Source: an uncultured Chloroflexia bacterium
GTDB taxonomy: Bacteria > Chloroflexota > Limnocylindria > Limnocylindrales > CSP1-4
NCBI GenBank assembly: GCA_963801445.1
Contig: CAWDEW010000009.1
Span: 836,438 to 900,437, forward strand
Length of the DNA stretch: 64,000 bases
Direction: 5' to 3'
Shown here: in pieces, positions 39,367 to 49,274 of the stretch
How positions within the stretch are numbered: the first letter of the stretch is position 1
Layout of the letters: the number at the start of each line of letters is the position of its first letter
The notes under the pieces: model-generated
Seen by the model: the letters and a program-made list of their open reading frames with translations, nothing else
What the model was told of the DNA's origin: nothing
Databases searched by the model: none
Made by a program: the position numbers and the translations under genes

Positions 39367-39972
39367 ATGGACGTGACCCAGGACGGGGCGCTGCTCGGCC
39401 TCCGCGAGCGGAAGAAGGCCCGCACGCGCGTCCAGATCCGCGAGACCGCGCTTCGACTCTTCCTGGAGCAGGGTTACGAGGCGACCACCGTGCAGCAGGT
39501 CGCCGACGCCGCTGACGTGTCGCTGTCCACCCTGTTTCGGTACTTCCCTACGAAGGCGCGCCTGGCGCTGCCATTCGATCTCGAGTCCCTCGTGCGCGAC
39601 GCGTTCGCCACCCTCGGGCCCGATGCGTCGGTCTTCGCCGCGATCAACGCCGCCATGCGCACGAGCTTCGACGAGCTGGTGATCGTCGATCGTGGCTGGA
39701 GCGGGGACGACGGGCATGCAGCCGCGACGCTCGCCCAGGCGCGCGAGGCGGTGCAGGGCGAGATGACCGGGGCCGTCGGCCTCTACGCCGAGCTCATCGG
39801 CGACCGGTGGCGACGCGATCCGCACGACACGGTGGTCCAGGCCGCGTCCGGTGGCGTCGTCGGCGTCGGGATCGCCGCCTGGTCGGCCGACCGGGATCTC
39901 GGGCGCGACGCCGCGCTGCGCATCCTGGACGTCGGTCTGCGCGGCCTCGAGGACGGGTTTCGGCCGTCATGA
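39367..39972 (+). CDS. TetR/AcrR family transcriptional regulator
   Basis: It starts with RBS aggagg and an N-terminal HTH (RETALRLFLEQGYEATTVQQVADAADVSLSTLFRYFPTKA). Its stop overlaps the next gene's start (ATGA). Confidence 0.85.
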   Translation: MDVTQDGALLGLRERKKARTRVQIRETALRLFLEQGYEATTVQQVADAADVSLSTLFRYFPTKARLALPFDLESLVRDAFATLGPDASVFAAINAAMRTSFDELVIVDRGWSGDDGHAAATLAQAREAVQGEMTGAVGLYAELIGDRWRRDPHDTVVQAASGGVVGVGIAAWSADRDLGRDAALRILDVGLRGLEDGFRPS

Positions 39973-42578
39973 CGCCGTTGCACGCCCTGGCCGCGACCAC
40001 CGTCGCCGCCGGGCTCGGGGTCGACCCGTCACAGGGCCTGGCCACGGGCGAGGCTCTTCGGCGGGCCGTGGAGGCCGGTCCCAACGCGCTCGAGGAAGCG
40101 CACCGCCGGCCTGTCTGGCGGATGGTGGTGGAGGCGCTCACCGAGCCGTTCATCGTGATGCTCGTGATCGCGGGTGTCCTCGCGATCGCGGTCGGCGAGG
40201 TGCGTGACGGCGTCCTCATCCTCGTCGCGCTCCTGCCGATCGTCGGCGCGGACGTCGTCACGGAATACCGCGGCGAGCGGGCGCTCGAGGCGCTTCGGGA
40301 GGCGTCGGCCCCGGTCGCCCGTGTCCGTCGCGATGGCGCCGTCGTGGTCGCCAACGCGGCCGCGCTCGTCCCCGGCGACGTCGTCCTCGTCCAGGCCGGC
40401 GACGTCGTGCCGGCCGACCTCAGGGTCCACCGCGTGGACCGGCTCCTGCTCGACCGGAGCATCCTCACCGGCGAATCGATCCCCGAGGAGGCACGCGTCG
40501 AGCCGGATCTCCCCGAAGCGCCGCTCACGAGCCGCCGCTCGATCGCCTACTCCGGGACCAGCGTCGTCGGCGGTCGAGGCGAGGGCATCGTGGTCGCGAT
40601 CGGCGCGGCGACCGAGTTCGGCCGCATCGCGGGGAGCCTCGCGTCCGAGGAACGGCGCCGCTCGCCGCTCCAGCGCGAGCTCGATCGGCTCGTCCGCATC
40701 CTGCTCGTCGTCGCCCTCGCGCTCATCGCGTTCACGACCGGGATCGGGTTCGTGCGCAGTCATCCGCTCGGCGAGAACATCCTCGCCGGCGTCTCCGCGG
40801 CGATCGCCGCGATCCCAGAAGAGCCGCCGGTCCTGCTTGCGGTCATCCTCGGCCTGGGGGCCTACCGGCTGCTCCGGCGGGGCGTCCTCGTCCGGCGGCT
40901 CAACGCCGAGGAGACGCTCGGTGCCGTCGACCTCATCGTCACCGACAAGACCGGGACGATCACCCAGAACCGCCTCGCGATCTCCTCGGTCCGGACACCC
41001 GACGGATCCGTCGACGACCCGGTCGAACGCCGCGAGATCCTCGAGCAGGCCCTGCGGGCAGAGGAGGACGCGTGGCCGGGCGAGGAGATCGCTCCGGGGT
41101 CGTTCACCCGCGCTCTTCGGACGGCGGTCATCGAGGCAGGCGGTACCAGCCAGCTCGACGCAGCCGCGCTCGTGGAGGCCGCCCCGGCATCGCACCGCCA
41201 CCCCGTGACGCGCACCGACGCCCGGCGCGACGGCCACCTCGAGGGCCTCGCCCTCGGGGCCCCCGAGGTCGTGCTCGCTGAGGTGGATTCCCACGCCGGC
41301 GGCCCGGTCGAGCGGGAGCGCTGGGCGGACCTCATCAGGGCCTCGGCGGCGGCGGGAGAACGCCTCGTTGCGCTCGCCCGGCGGATCGACGGCGGTCCGT
41401 GGGAGATGCGGGCGCTCGTCGGATTCGCGGACCCCATCCGGCCGGGCATCGCCGACGCGATGGCGACTGCCCGTGGCGCCGGCATCCAGGTCGTCGTCGT
41501 CACCGGCGACCACCCGGGAACGGCTGCGACCATCGCCGCCGAAGCGGGCCTGCACGGCGAACGCATCGTCACCGGCGAGGACCTCGCGTCCTGGGACGAC
41601 GCGCGGCTTGCCGCTGAGCTCCCGGCCCTCCACGTCGTCGCGCGTTCGACGCCCGAGCAGAAGCGCCGCCTGGTCACGGCGGCCCGGACCGACCGCCGGA
41701 TCGTCGCCGTGACCGGCGACGGGGTGAACGACGCGCCGGCCCTCCACGGCGCGGACGTCGCCGTCGCCATGGGCAGCGGCACGGCGGTCGCGCGCGAGGC
41801 GTCGGACCTCGTCCTCGGCGACGACTCGTTCGCGACGCTCATGTACGGCCTCGCCGAGGGTCGGCGGATCGTGGACAACGTCCAGAAGGGGCTCGTCTTC
41901 CTCCTCTCGACGCACATGGCATTCCTTGGCTTCATCTTCATCTCGACGGTCTTCGTGACGCAGGGCCAGGTGCTGCTTCCGCTCCAGATCCTCTGGATGG
42001 AGCTGTTCATCGACCTCTCGACCTCGATCGCCTTCGAGCGCGAGCCACCGGAGCCCGAGCTGATGACCCGGGCGCCCCGGTCCGCCACGGCACCGCTCCT
42101 CACGAACCGGATCCTCGGCGGGATCGTGCTCGCCGGCGCGTTCACCGCGGTCGCCGCCCTCGTGGTCATGCTCACGTACGGCGGCACCTTCGAGCATGCG
42201 GCGTGGCTCGCGTACACGGTGCTCGTGGTCGGGCAATGCGTCCGGGCCTACTGGAACCGGAGCGTCCGCGCGCCGATCCACCGCCTCGGGCACAACGGCT
42301 TCCTGCTCGGTGCCTGCCTCGCGGCCGTCGCGGTGCAGGTCCTGATCCCGTACGTGCCCGTGCTCGCCGAGGCGTTCCGGGCGGTCCCGCTCGACGCCGT
42401 CGAGTGGGTCGCTCGTCGCCATCGTCGCGGTCATCCCGGCGGCCGTCGCCGAGGCGATCCGGACGCTCGGGCGGGGGCGTGTCGCCTGGGTGGCCTGACG
42501 GATCGCAGCTGCCGGCGGAGGCCGCGCGGTCGACGCTCAGGCTCAGGCCGCGCGGAGCGCCATCGATGGCGTGGCTGA
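39969..42578 (+). CDS. Cation-transporting P-type ATPase (P2-type, Ca2+/Mg2+-like); the C-terminus probably ends near 42498 after an apparent frameshift around 42410
   Basis: P-type ATPase motifs are present (DKTGTITQN, VTGDHPGTAA, VTGDGVNDAPAL). The last ~55 codons of the annotated frame are Arg-rich. The +1 frame gives a hydrophobic TM-like tail (LVAIVAVIPAAVAEAIRTLGRGRVAWVA*). Confidence 0.85.
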   Translation: MTPLHALAATTVAAGLGVDPSQGLATGEALRRAVEAGPNALEEAHRRPVWRMVVEALTEPFIVMLVIAGVLAIAVGEVRDGVLILVALLPIVGADVVTEYRGERALEALREASAPVARVRRDGAVVVANAAALVPGDVVLVQAGDVVPADLRVHRVDRLLLDRSILTGESIPEEARVEPDLPEAPLTSRRSIAYSGTSVVGGRGEGIVVAIGAATEFGRIAGSLASEERRRSPLQRELDRLVRILLVVALALIAFTTGIGFVRSHPLGENILAGVSAAIAAIPEEPPVLLAVILGLGAYRLLRRGVLVRRLNAEETLGAVDLIVTDKTGTITQNRLAISSVRTPDGSVDDPVERREILEQALRAEEDAWPGEEIAPGSFTRALRTAVIEAGGTSQLDAAALVEAAPASHRHPVTRTDARRDGHLEGLALGAPEVVLAEVDSHAGGPVERERWADLIRASAAAGERLVALARRIDGGPWEMRALVGFADPIRPGIADAMATARGAGIQVVVVTGDHPGTAATIAAEAGLHGERIVTGEDLASWDDARLAAELPALHVVARSTPEQKRRLVTAARTDRRIVAVTGDGVNDAPALHGADVAVAMGSGTAVAREASDLVLGDDSFATLMYGLAEGRRIVDNVQKGLVFLLSTHMAFLGFIFISTVFVTQGQVLLPLQILWMELFIDLSTSIAFEREPPEPELMTRAPRSATAPLLTNRILGGIVLAGAFTAVAALVVMLTYGGTFEHAAWLAYTVLVVGQCVRAYWNRSVRAPIHRLGHNGFLLGACLAAVAVQVLIPYVPVLAEAFRAVPLDAVEWVARRHRRGHPGGRRRGDPDARAGACRLGGLTDRSCRRRPRGRRSGSGRAERHRWRG

Positions 42579-42633
42579 TCTGCAGTCAACCTGTCACGGC
42601 GCAGGATTCGGCTCGGCGGGATAATCGGACTCC

Positions 42634-43782
42634 ATGATCGAGATCGTCGCCTTCGCCATCGGGATCGTCCTCCTGGGCGCCGTCTTCTGGGACGTCTTCG
42701 AGACGATCGTCGTCCCGCGACCGACGCCCGGCGTCTTCCGGATCGGGCGAGTCATCGTGCGCGGGTCGTGGCGGGTGGTCCGGGCGATCGGCACGCGCAG
42801 CGACGGACGGCACGAGCGCCTGCTCGGCCTGTTCGCCCCGGCGGCGACGATCGCCCTCCTCGTCGCCTGGCTCGGTGGGCTCGTCCTCGGATACGGGCTC
42901 GTCCTGTTCGCGATCCGGGACGAGCTGCGGCCCGCCCCGGTGGACCTCGGCACGGCCATCTACTTCGGGGCGACATCGGTCCTGACGCTCGGCTTCGGCG
43001 ACGTCGTCCCCGTCGGCGGTCCCGCGCGCTTCGTCGTGGCCGGTGCGGCCCTCTCCGGGCTCGGTACCGTTGCGCTCGTCGTCACGTTCCTGTTCTCGCT
43101 CTTCGGGTCGTACCAGCGGCGCGAAGTGGCCGTCGTGACGCTCATGGCCAAAGCCGGCGCGCCGCCGTCCGCCGTCGTGCTGCTCGAGTCGCTCGCCCGG
43201 CTCGAGCTCGTCGATCACCTGCCCGACTTCTTCGGGGGGTGGGAGCGGTGGATTGCCGAGGTCCTCGACTCCCACGTCGCGTACCCGCTCCTCGGCTTCT
43301 TCCGGTCGAGCCACGACGAGGTCTCATGGATCAGCGCGCTCGGGACCGTCCTGGACACGGCCAGCCTCGTCCTCACCACCATCGAGGGCGTGCCCCGTGG
43401 CCAGGCCGAGCTCGCGAAGAAGCTGGGCGCCCACCTCGTCGAGGACATCACGAATCTCGGGTTCCGCGCTGAGGGGTCCGACGGCGTCGATCGTGCCTCG
43501 TTCGACGCGGTCTACGCGCGTCTCGCCGCGGCCGGGTACCGGCTGGTGCCGGTCGACGAGGCGTGGCCGATGTTCCGCCGCGCGCGGTCGAGCTACGCCG
43601 AACGCCTCGAGTCGATGGCGGCCTACTGGGCGGTGCCGGCCCCAGCGTGGTTCGGCGGCCGCCGCGCGCTGCATCCTGCCGCGTCGCCGGCCCCGTCCGC
43701 AACCCCGTCCCCCGTGATCCGCGGGGCGGACGTCAGTCCGGGCGCCGGGGAAGGCGAGCCAATCCGCTTCGACGCGCAGTAG
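42634..43782 (+). CDS. Potassium-channel-like membrane protein (Ion_trans_2 pore domain with TLGFGD filter) with a cytoplasmic C-terminal domain
   Basis: Two N-terminal TM helices flank a pore loop (ATSVLTLGFGDVVP). A soluble C-terminal half of about 200 aa follows. Confidence 0.65.
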   Translation: MIEIVAFAIGIVLLGAVFWDVFETIVVPRPTPGVFRIGRVIVRGSWRVVRAIGTRSDGRHERLLGLFAPAATIALLVAWLGGLVLGYGLVLFAIRDELRPAPVDLGTAIYFGATSVLTLGFGDVVPVGGPARFVVAGAALSGLGTVALVVTFLFSLFGSYQRREVAVVTLMAKAGAPPSAVVLLESLARLELVDHLPDFFGGWERWIAEVLDSHVAYPLLGFFRSSHDEVSWISALGTVLDTASLVLTTIEGVPRGQAELAKKLGAHLVEDITNLGFRAEGSDGVDRASFDAVYARLAAAGYRLVPVDEAWPMFRRARSSYAERLESMAAYWAVPAPAWFGGRRALHPAASPAPSATPSPVIRGADVSPGAGEGEPIRFDAQ

Positions 43783-43821
43783 CCGATTCCGCGCTGGCGG
43801 ATCGAGGAGGCGACGAGTGCC

Positions 43822-44844
43822 GTGAAGAGGCTGCCGCTGGACCTCACCCGGGAGCAGATCCTGGCCTATCGACGAACCGTCGGTGGGCTCGACGAGCGAC
43901 TCCCGCCCGGCCCACGGTCGCTGCGGCGTGCCGCGTGGGCCGGCCTGCAGGACAGCATGCCGCGAGCTGCGCTCCTGTCGATTCATGCGCGCGTCGAGGG
44001 CACGCAACCGTCCACCTGGGAAGATCGATCGCTCGTCCAGCTCTGGGGGCCGCGATTCAGCGCCTACCTTGTCGCGGAGCGAGACCTGGCGGTCTTCTCC
44101 CTTGGGAGGCTGCCGGATGATGACGCCCGCCGGCGGCTCGCGGCGGAGATGGCGGGCGGCCTGCACGCCTACCTCGGGGGCACGAGGATGACCTACGGGG
44201 AGGCAGGTCGCGGGCTGGGCGTCCACCCGAACATGCTCAGGTACGCGGCGCCGACCGGCAGGCTCCTGATCCGTTGGGACGGCGCCCGTCAGCCGACCGT
44301 GTGGACGGTCCCGCCACCGGACGTCGACCCGGTCGAAGCCCGCCTCGAGCTTGCCCGCCGGCACCTGCATGTCTTCGGTCCGACGACGCCCTCGGCATTC
44401 GCCCAGTGGGCCGGGATCAAGCCGGCACGGGGCCGCTCCGCCTTCGAGGCGCTCGACGCATCGCTGACGCCGGTTCGAACCCCGGTCGGTGACGGGTGGA
44501 TCCTGGCCAGCGACGAGCCGACGTTCCGGGCCAAGGCCAGGCCGGTCGCGGGGGCACGACTCCTCCCGAGCGGCGACGCGTACTTCCTCCATCGGGGAGC
44601 GGATCGCGCGCTCCTCGTGCCCGAGGCCGACCGTCGTGACGCGCTCTGGACCCCGCGCGTCTGGCCGGGCGCCGCCCTCGTGGGGGGCGAGATCGTCGGG
44701 ACCTGGCGCCGCGCGGACACCGAGCTGACGATCCAGCCTTGGCGCCGTCTGACGCGCGAGGAGCGCGACGCCGTCCAGGCCGAGGCGGAGTCCCTGCCGT
44801 TGCCGGGCGTCCAGGGGCGGATCCGCGTCCGATGGGCCGACTGA
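43822..44844 (+). CDS. Winged-helix DNA-binding domain protein (YcaQ/DUF1006-like)
   Basis: The 340-aa product has the overall pattern of YcaQ-family proteins (LTREQILAYRR ... N-terminal winged helix). Confidence 0.5.
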   Translation: MKRLPLDLTREQILAYRRTVGGLDERLPPGPRSLRRAAWAGLQDSMPRAALLSIHARVEGTQPSTWEDRSLVQLWGPRFSAYLVAERDLAVFSLGRLPDDDARRRLAAEMAGGLHAYLGGTRMTYGEAGRGLGVHPNMLRYAAPTGRLLIRWDGARQPTVWTVPPPDVDPVEARLELARRHLHVFGPTTPSAFAQWAGIKPARGRSAFEALDASLTPVRTPVGDGWILASDEPTFRAKARPVAGARLLPSGDAYFLHRGADRALLVPEADRRDALWTPRVWPGAALVGGEIVGTWRRADTELTIQPWRRLTREERDAVQAEAESLPLPGVQGRIRVRWAD

Positions 44845-44893
44845 GGCTGCAGGGGCGCGCGACGGCAGCGTCCGCTCGCGCGCGAGCCCGTCC

Positions 44894-45574
44894 TCAGCCC
44901 GTGCGACCCGTCCCGAACTGGCGATCGCCGGCATCGCCGAGGCCGGGCAGGATGTAGCCCTTCTCGTTGAGCCCGCGGTCCAGGGCGGCGCAGTGGATGG
45001 TCACGTCCGGGTGGGCGGAGCTGACGGCGGCGACGCCCTCGGGGGCCGCGATCAGGTTGATCAGCTTGATCCGCACCGCGCCCCAGCGCTTGAGCACGTC
45101 GATGGCGGCGGTGGCCGAGCCGCCGGTCGCCAGCATGGGATCGAGGATCAGGCAGACGTCCACGGTCGCGGAGTCGGGCAGCTTGTTGTAGTACTCGACG
45201 GGGCGCAGGGTCCGCTCGTCGCGGAAGAGCCCCAGGTGCCAGACCTGGGCCGTGGGCATCAGCTCGAGCATCGCGTCGACCATGCCCAGCCCCGCGCGCA
45301 GGATCGGGACCAGCCCGATCCGGTCGCCCAGCTCGTGCGCCTCGATCTCCTCGAGCGGCGTGCGCACCCGGCGCGGGCGGAGTCGGGCATCGGCCAGCGC
45401 CTCGTAGCCCAGGAGCCACGAGAGCTCGCGAACGACCTCGCGGAACTTCTTCGGCTCGGTCTTCTCGTCGCGCAGGATTGCCAGCTTGTGCAGGACCGCC
45501 GGGTGGCGTGAGACGGTCAGGGACGGCGCGATGCCGGCGGTCGGGGCGGGGGAGTCGGTCACGGCGCGCACCTC
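44894..45574 (-). CDS. upp: Uracil phosphoribosyltransferase
   Basis: UPRT motifs are present ([48 protein letters not shown]). The start is assigned to a GTG (VTDSP); the ORF extends further upstream. Confidence 0.85.
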   Translation of the reverse strand, partial: EVRAVTDSPAPTAGIAPSLTVSRHPAVLHKLAILRDEKTEPKKFREVVRELSWLLGYEALADARLRPRRVRTPLEEIEAHELGDRIGLVPILRAGLGMVDAMLELMPTAQVWHLGLFRDERTLRPVEYYNKLPDSATVDVCLILDPMLATGGSATAAIDVLKRWGAVRIKLINLIAAPEGVAAVSSAHPDVTIHCAALDRGLNEKGYILPGLGDAGDRQFGTGRTG

Positions 45575-45700
45575 GGGCTTGAGCGGGCGTTCGGCCGGTC
45601 GGGCCACCGCTCCGAGCGGGGCCCCGACCCCGCCGATCCTAGCACTGGGCGGGTGCCCCGGGGCGCCCTCCGGCGCCGCCGGGAACGCTACGCTACGGGC

Positions 45701-46843
45701 ATGCCACCCGTCCGATCCGCCCGCACCCCCCGCCCCGCCACGGCCGCACCCCGGGCTCCCCGGCGCGCCGCCCCGGTCCTGGCGACCCACGTGCGGGGCG
45801 AGATCCTGGAGAGCGTGCACCGGGGTCACGTCGTCCAGGTCGATGCCGCCGGGGCGCTGATGCGCGTGGCCGGCGACCCCGATGCCGTCGTCTCGCTACG
45901 CTCCTGCGTCAAGCCGTTCGCGCTCGTGGCGCTCCTGGAGGCGGGCGGCATCGCGGAGTACGAGCTCGGACCAGTCGAGCTTGCCGTGATGGCCAGCTCG
46001 CACTCCGGCGAGGACCTCCACGTGCGGACCCTGCAGGGCGTCTTCAGGCGGGCCGGCATCTCCCAGGCGCTGCTGGCCTGTGGGACCGAGGGCGCGCCGC
46101 TGGACGCCCTGACGGCCGCCCGGCTGGCGCGCGACGGCGAGCGCCCGGGCCCGATCCGCCACAACTGCTCGGGGATGCACGCGGCCCAGCTGCTCCTCGC
46201 CCGGCTGGGCAACTGGACGCTGGACGACTACTGGCGCCCCGATCATCCCGTCCAGGTCGCCACGCGGGCGGTCGTCGCCCGGGCCTTCGGGACCTCCGTC
46301 GAGCGCCTCTTCACGGCGACCGACCAATGCGGGATCGAGACGTACGCGTTCACGCTCCGCGCGGTCGCCCGGGCCTTCGCGCTGCTCGCCGACCCGGATG
46401 GCATCCCGGCCGCGGACGCGCGCCGCTCGCTGGCCGCCCCGTTGCGCTCGATCCGGGATGCCATGCTGGCGAACCCGGAGCAGGTCGGCGGAACGCGCGA
46501 GCGGCTGGACACCTCGCTCATGAAGGCGCTTCCCGGCCGCGTCGTGGCGAAAGGCGGCGCCGAGGCGCTGCGTGGGATCGCGGTCCTGCCGGACCCGAAG
46601 GCCGGCACGCCGGCGTCGGCCTTCGCGATCAAGATCGAGGATGGCGGCGGGTACCAGCGGGCGACCTGGGCGGTCACGATCGAGGCCCTCCGGCTGGCGG
46701 GGATCCTGGAAGGGCAGCCGCTCCGGATCCTGGGCCGCTACCACCGGCCCGTGCTGCTCGACCCGCGCGGGCAGGTCGCCGCGGAGACGATCGCCTCGTT
46801 CGACCTGGCGCCGGTCGGAGAGCTGGTCGCGGCAGGCCGCTGA
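45701..46843 (+). CDS. Asparaginase-II (PF06089) family protein
   Basis: It has family-typical motifs ([19 protein letters not shown] ... [29 protein letters not shown]). The start may instead be a downstream GTG. Confidence 0.7.
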   Translation: MPPVRSARTPRPATAAPRAPRRAAPVLATHVRGEILESVHRGHVVQVDAAGALMRVAGDPDAVVSLRSCVKPFALVALLEAGGIAEYELGPVELAVMASSHSGEDLHVRTLQGVFRRAGISQALLACGTEGAPLDALTAARLARDGERPGPIRHNCSGMHAAQLLLARLGNWTLDDYWRPDHPVQVATRAVVARAFGTSVERLFTATDQCGIETYAFTLRAVARAFALLADPDGIPAADARRSLAAPLRSIRDAMLANPEQVGGTRERLDTSLMKALPGRVVAKGGAEALRGIAVLPDPKAGTPASAFAIKIEDGGGYQRATWAVTIEALRLAGILEGQPLRILGRYHRPVLLDPRGQVAAETIASFDLAPVGELVAAGR

Positions 46844-47034
46844 GCTCGCCGGCGCCGGCCCGGACTCTCGGCTGCCCGCCCGGGCAGCGGCCGCGCTCCT
46901 GCCCGACGCGCGTCCGGCGGCCGCGGACGACAATGAGCCCGCCATCCGTCCTGCGGCCGCGTCCGAGAGCCCGTCCGGGATCCCGGCGACCCAGGCCGGG
47001 ACGAGCCGCACGCGAGGTCCAGGACCCCCGATCG

Positions 47035-48429
47035 ATGGCCAGCGGAGCTGATCCCCACGGCGTGCTCGGCGTGGCCAGGAATGCCACGCTCGACGAGATC
47101 AAGCGTGCCTATCGCGCCCTGGCGAAGCAGCACCATCCCGATGCGGGGCGAGGCTCTGTGCCCCGCTTCCTGGAGATCCAGGCGGCCTACGAGGCGCTCG
47201 TCGGTGGGGCGGGCCGCGGGCGGGCCGGGCCCGCGGGCGACTCCGCCCGATCGTCTCGACGACCCGCCCAGCCCGGCGGGCGGTCGACCGGCGCCGGGTG
47301 GGGGAGTCCGCCGCGGCCCGGGACGGAATGGGCGCGCCGGCCGCGCGACCGGGCCGAGGCCGCCGGGCGGCCCGAGGACCCAGCGGGCGGGACGACGGCG
47401 GGCGGGACGACGGCCGGCCCGAACCGCGCGCGGGGGAGCGGTCCGGCGGGGGCACGCGGGCCGGCTGGTCCGACCGGCGGCCCTGCCGGAGGTTCGACCG
47501 GGGCCGGCACGGCTGGCACCGCGGGCGATGGTCACCGGGAACGGCGGTCGAGGCGCGAGCGCTGGTCGCGCAAGGCGACGCTCGGCTCGACGACCTACGA
47601 CGAGGCCGGCGAGGCGCTGACTCCTCCGTGGGATGGAGCGAGCTGGTACGGGCCGTCGTCGGGGACCTACTGGACGATCAACCCGCGCGAGTATGCCGAC
47701 CCGCGGAAGCACGGTCCCGAATACCAGGAGCGCGCCGGCCGGGCGGCGCGCGAGGCCGGTCGCGGGCCTCGGACTGCCGGAGGCCCACGCCCGGCCCGTC
47801 CGGACCGAACCGCGTCGGCCGCGGCCCGCGAGACCGGGGCGCCGCCCGAGGCCCGCCCGCCGCGCGAGACCGGGGCGCGCACCGCCGCCGAGCCGGTCCA
47901 GGGGCCTGGTCCCCAACCCGGCGCCACGGGGCGCGCTGCCTCCGCCCCGCCGCCATCCCGATCGGTGTCCGCGCCGGCCGGGCGGATGGGACCGTCGCCC
48001 GGCGAGGTCCCCGGCCCAGCGCCGGTTCGCCCCGGGCCGGCCGAACGGTCCGGGCCCGGCGGCGCAGACCCGTCGCCGGTGGTTCGCGGCCTCCTGGCGG
48101 CTGCCGGCTGGGCGCCGCTCGGACTCGCCCTGGCCGCAGCCGTCGGGCTGCCTGGCGGGCTCATCGCCACGCTCCCGGTCCAGGTCGCCGGCGCGGTCCT
48201 GATGACCCGCCTGCCGCGTTTCGCCTGGTCGTCCGCCGGGGGGCTCGTGGCCGTGGTGGTGGGCGCGGTCCCGGGCGTCGCCGTGCTCGCCGCGCTGGGC
48301 GAGCCGATCCGGCCGGGCGGGCCGGCACCGCTCTCGATGGTCGTGCTGGCCATCGCGGCCTGGGCCGTGGGGGCCGTGCTCGCCGCCGGCGGTCGGATCG
48401 TCGCCCCCCCGTGGCGCAAACGAGCCTGA
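47035..48429 (+). CDS. J-domain (DnaJ-like) protein with long disordered Gly/Pro/Arg/Ala-rich linker and a C-terminal multi-helix membrane anchor
   Basis: The J-domain carries an HPD motif (YRALAKQHHPDAG). A low-complexity stretch of about 250 aa follows. The last ~110 aa are hydrophobic. Confidence 0.7.
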   Translation: MASGADPHGVLGVARNATLDEIKRAYRALAKQHHPDAGRGSVPRFLEIQAAYEALVGGAGRGRAGPAGDSARSSRRPAQPGGRSTGAGWGSPPRPGTEWARRPRDRAEAAGRPEDPAGGTTAGGTTAGPNRARGSGPAGARGPAGPTGGPAGGSTGAGTAGTAGDGHRERRSRRERWSRKATLGSTTYDEAGEALTPPWDGASWYGPSSGTYWTINPREYADPRKHGPEYQERAGRAAREAGRGPRTAGGPRPARPDRTASAAARETGAPPEARPPRETGARTAAEPVQGPGPQPGATGRAASAPPPSRSVSAPAGRMGPSPGEVPGPAPVRPGPAERSGPGGADPSPVVRGLLAAAGWAPLGLALAAAVGLPGGLIATLPVQVAGAVLMTRLPRFAWSSAGGLVAVVVGAVPGVAVLAALGEPIRPGGPAPLSMVVLAIAAWAVGAVLAAGGRIVAPPWRKRA

Positions 48430-49184
48430 TGGCCGGCGCTACCATCGGCCGCGTGAACCGCAGCAGGTCGTCCGACCTCTCGAGCGCCGCCCAGGAGTAC
48501 CTGCTGGCGCTCCGGGCCTCGGCGAGCGGCGGCACGCGGGCCACCGCGACCGCCGTCGCGCGGCACCTCGGCGTCTCTCCGCAGGCCGCCAGCGAGATGT
48601 TCCGGCGCCTGGCCGCCGATGGGCTCGTCACGGCGAGCGAGGCGCGCGAGCTCTGCCTCACGCCGGCCGGGCGAGCCGCGGCCGACGGGATCTTCCGCCG
48701 CCACGCCCTGCTGGAATGGCTGATGACGACGGTCGTGGGCCTGGGCTGGGCCGAATCCGACGTGGAGGCGGCCCGCCTCCAGGGCGCGATCTCGCCGCGC
48801 GTCGAGGCTCGCCTCGACGACCTCCTGGGGCATCCGGAGACGTGCCCGCACGGCAACCCGATCGATGCCGCGACCGCCGCCCGGCGCCCCGACGGCGTTC
48901 CGCTGGCCGACCTGGAGGCGGGCGAGTCGGCGACCATCTACCGGATCACGGAAGCCGCCGAGGACGATCCGGCCCTCCTCTCGTATCTCGAAGCCCGGGC
49001 GCTCACCCCGGGCGCCCGGATCGAGGTCCTCGCGCGCTCCCAGTCGCTCGATGCCGTCACGCTCGAGGGCCCGATCGGGCGGGCCACCCTGGGGCTGCGG
49101 CCGGCCGCATTCGTGCGCGTTCTCCGAGGCGACCCGGATCCGGCGCTCTTCCACCGCGTCCCGGAGCGCGTGCGCCGCTCCTGA
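48429..49184 (+). CDS. DtxR/IdeR/MntR-family metal-dependent transcriptional repressor with C-terminal FeoA/SH3-like domain
   Basis: It has an HTH (ATAVARHLGVSPQAASEMFRRLAADGLV) and a metal-site region (GHPETCPHGNPI). Its ATG overlaps the previous stop. Confidence 0.85.
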   Translation: MAGATIGRVNRSRSSDLSSAAQEYLLALRASASGGTRATATAVARHLGVSPQAASEMFRRLAADGLVTASEARELCLTPAGRAAADGIFRRHALLEWLMTTVVGLGWAESDVEAARLQGAISPRVEARLDDLLGHPETCPHGNPIDAATAARRPDGVPLADLEAGESATIYRITEAAEDDPALLSYLEARALTPGARIEVLARSQSLDAVTLEGPIGRATLGLRPAAFVRVLRGDPDPALFHRVPERVRRS

Positions 49185-49274
49185 CGGCGGGGCCGGCGGG
49201 CACACGCCGGCTGCAACATCCGCCGCCGACATGCGTCGAACACGCGAGCGGACATGACCGGAGGGAGGGCTTCG

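Noticed and set aside
40029-42434. An 801-aa minus-strand ORF antisense to the P-type ATPase, and 43324..44934 antisense to the channel/YcaQ genes.
   Set aside because: Same reasoning. The sense frames carry diagnostic motifs (DKTGT, GDGVNDAPAL, GFGD).
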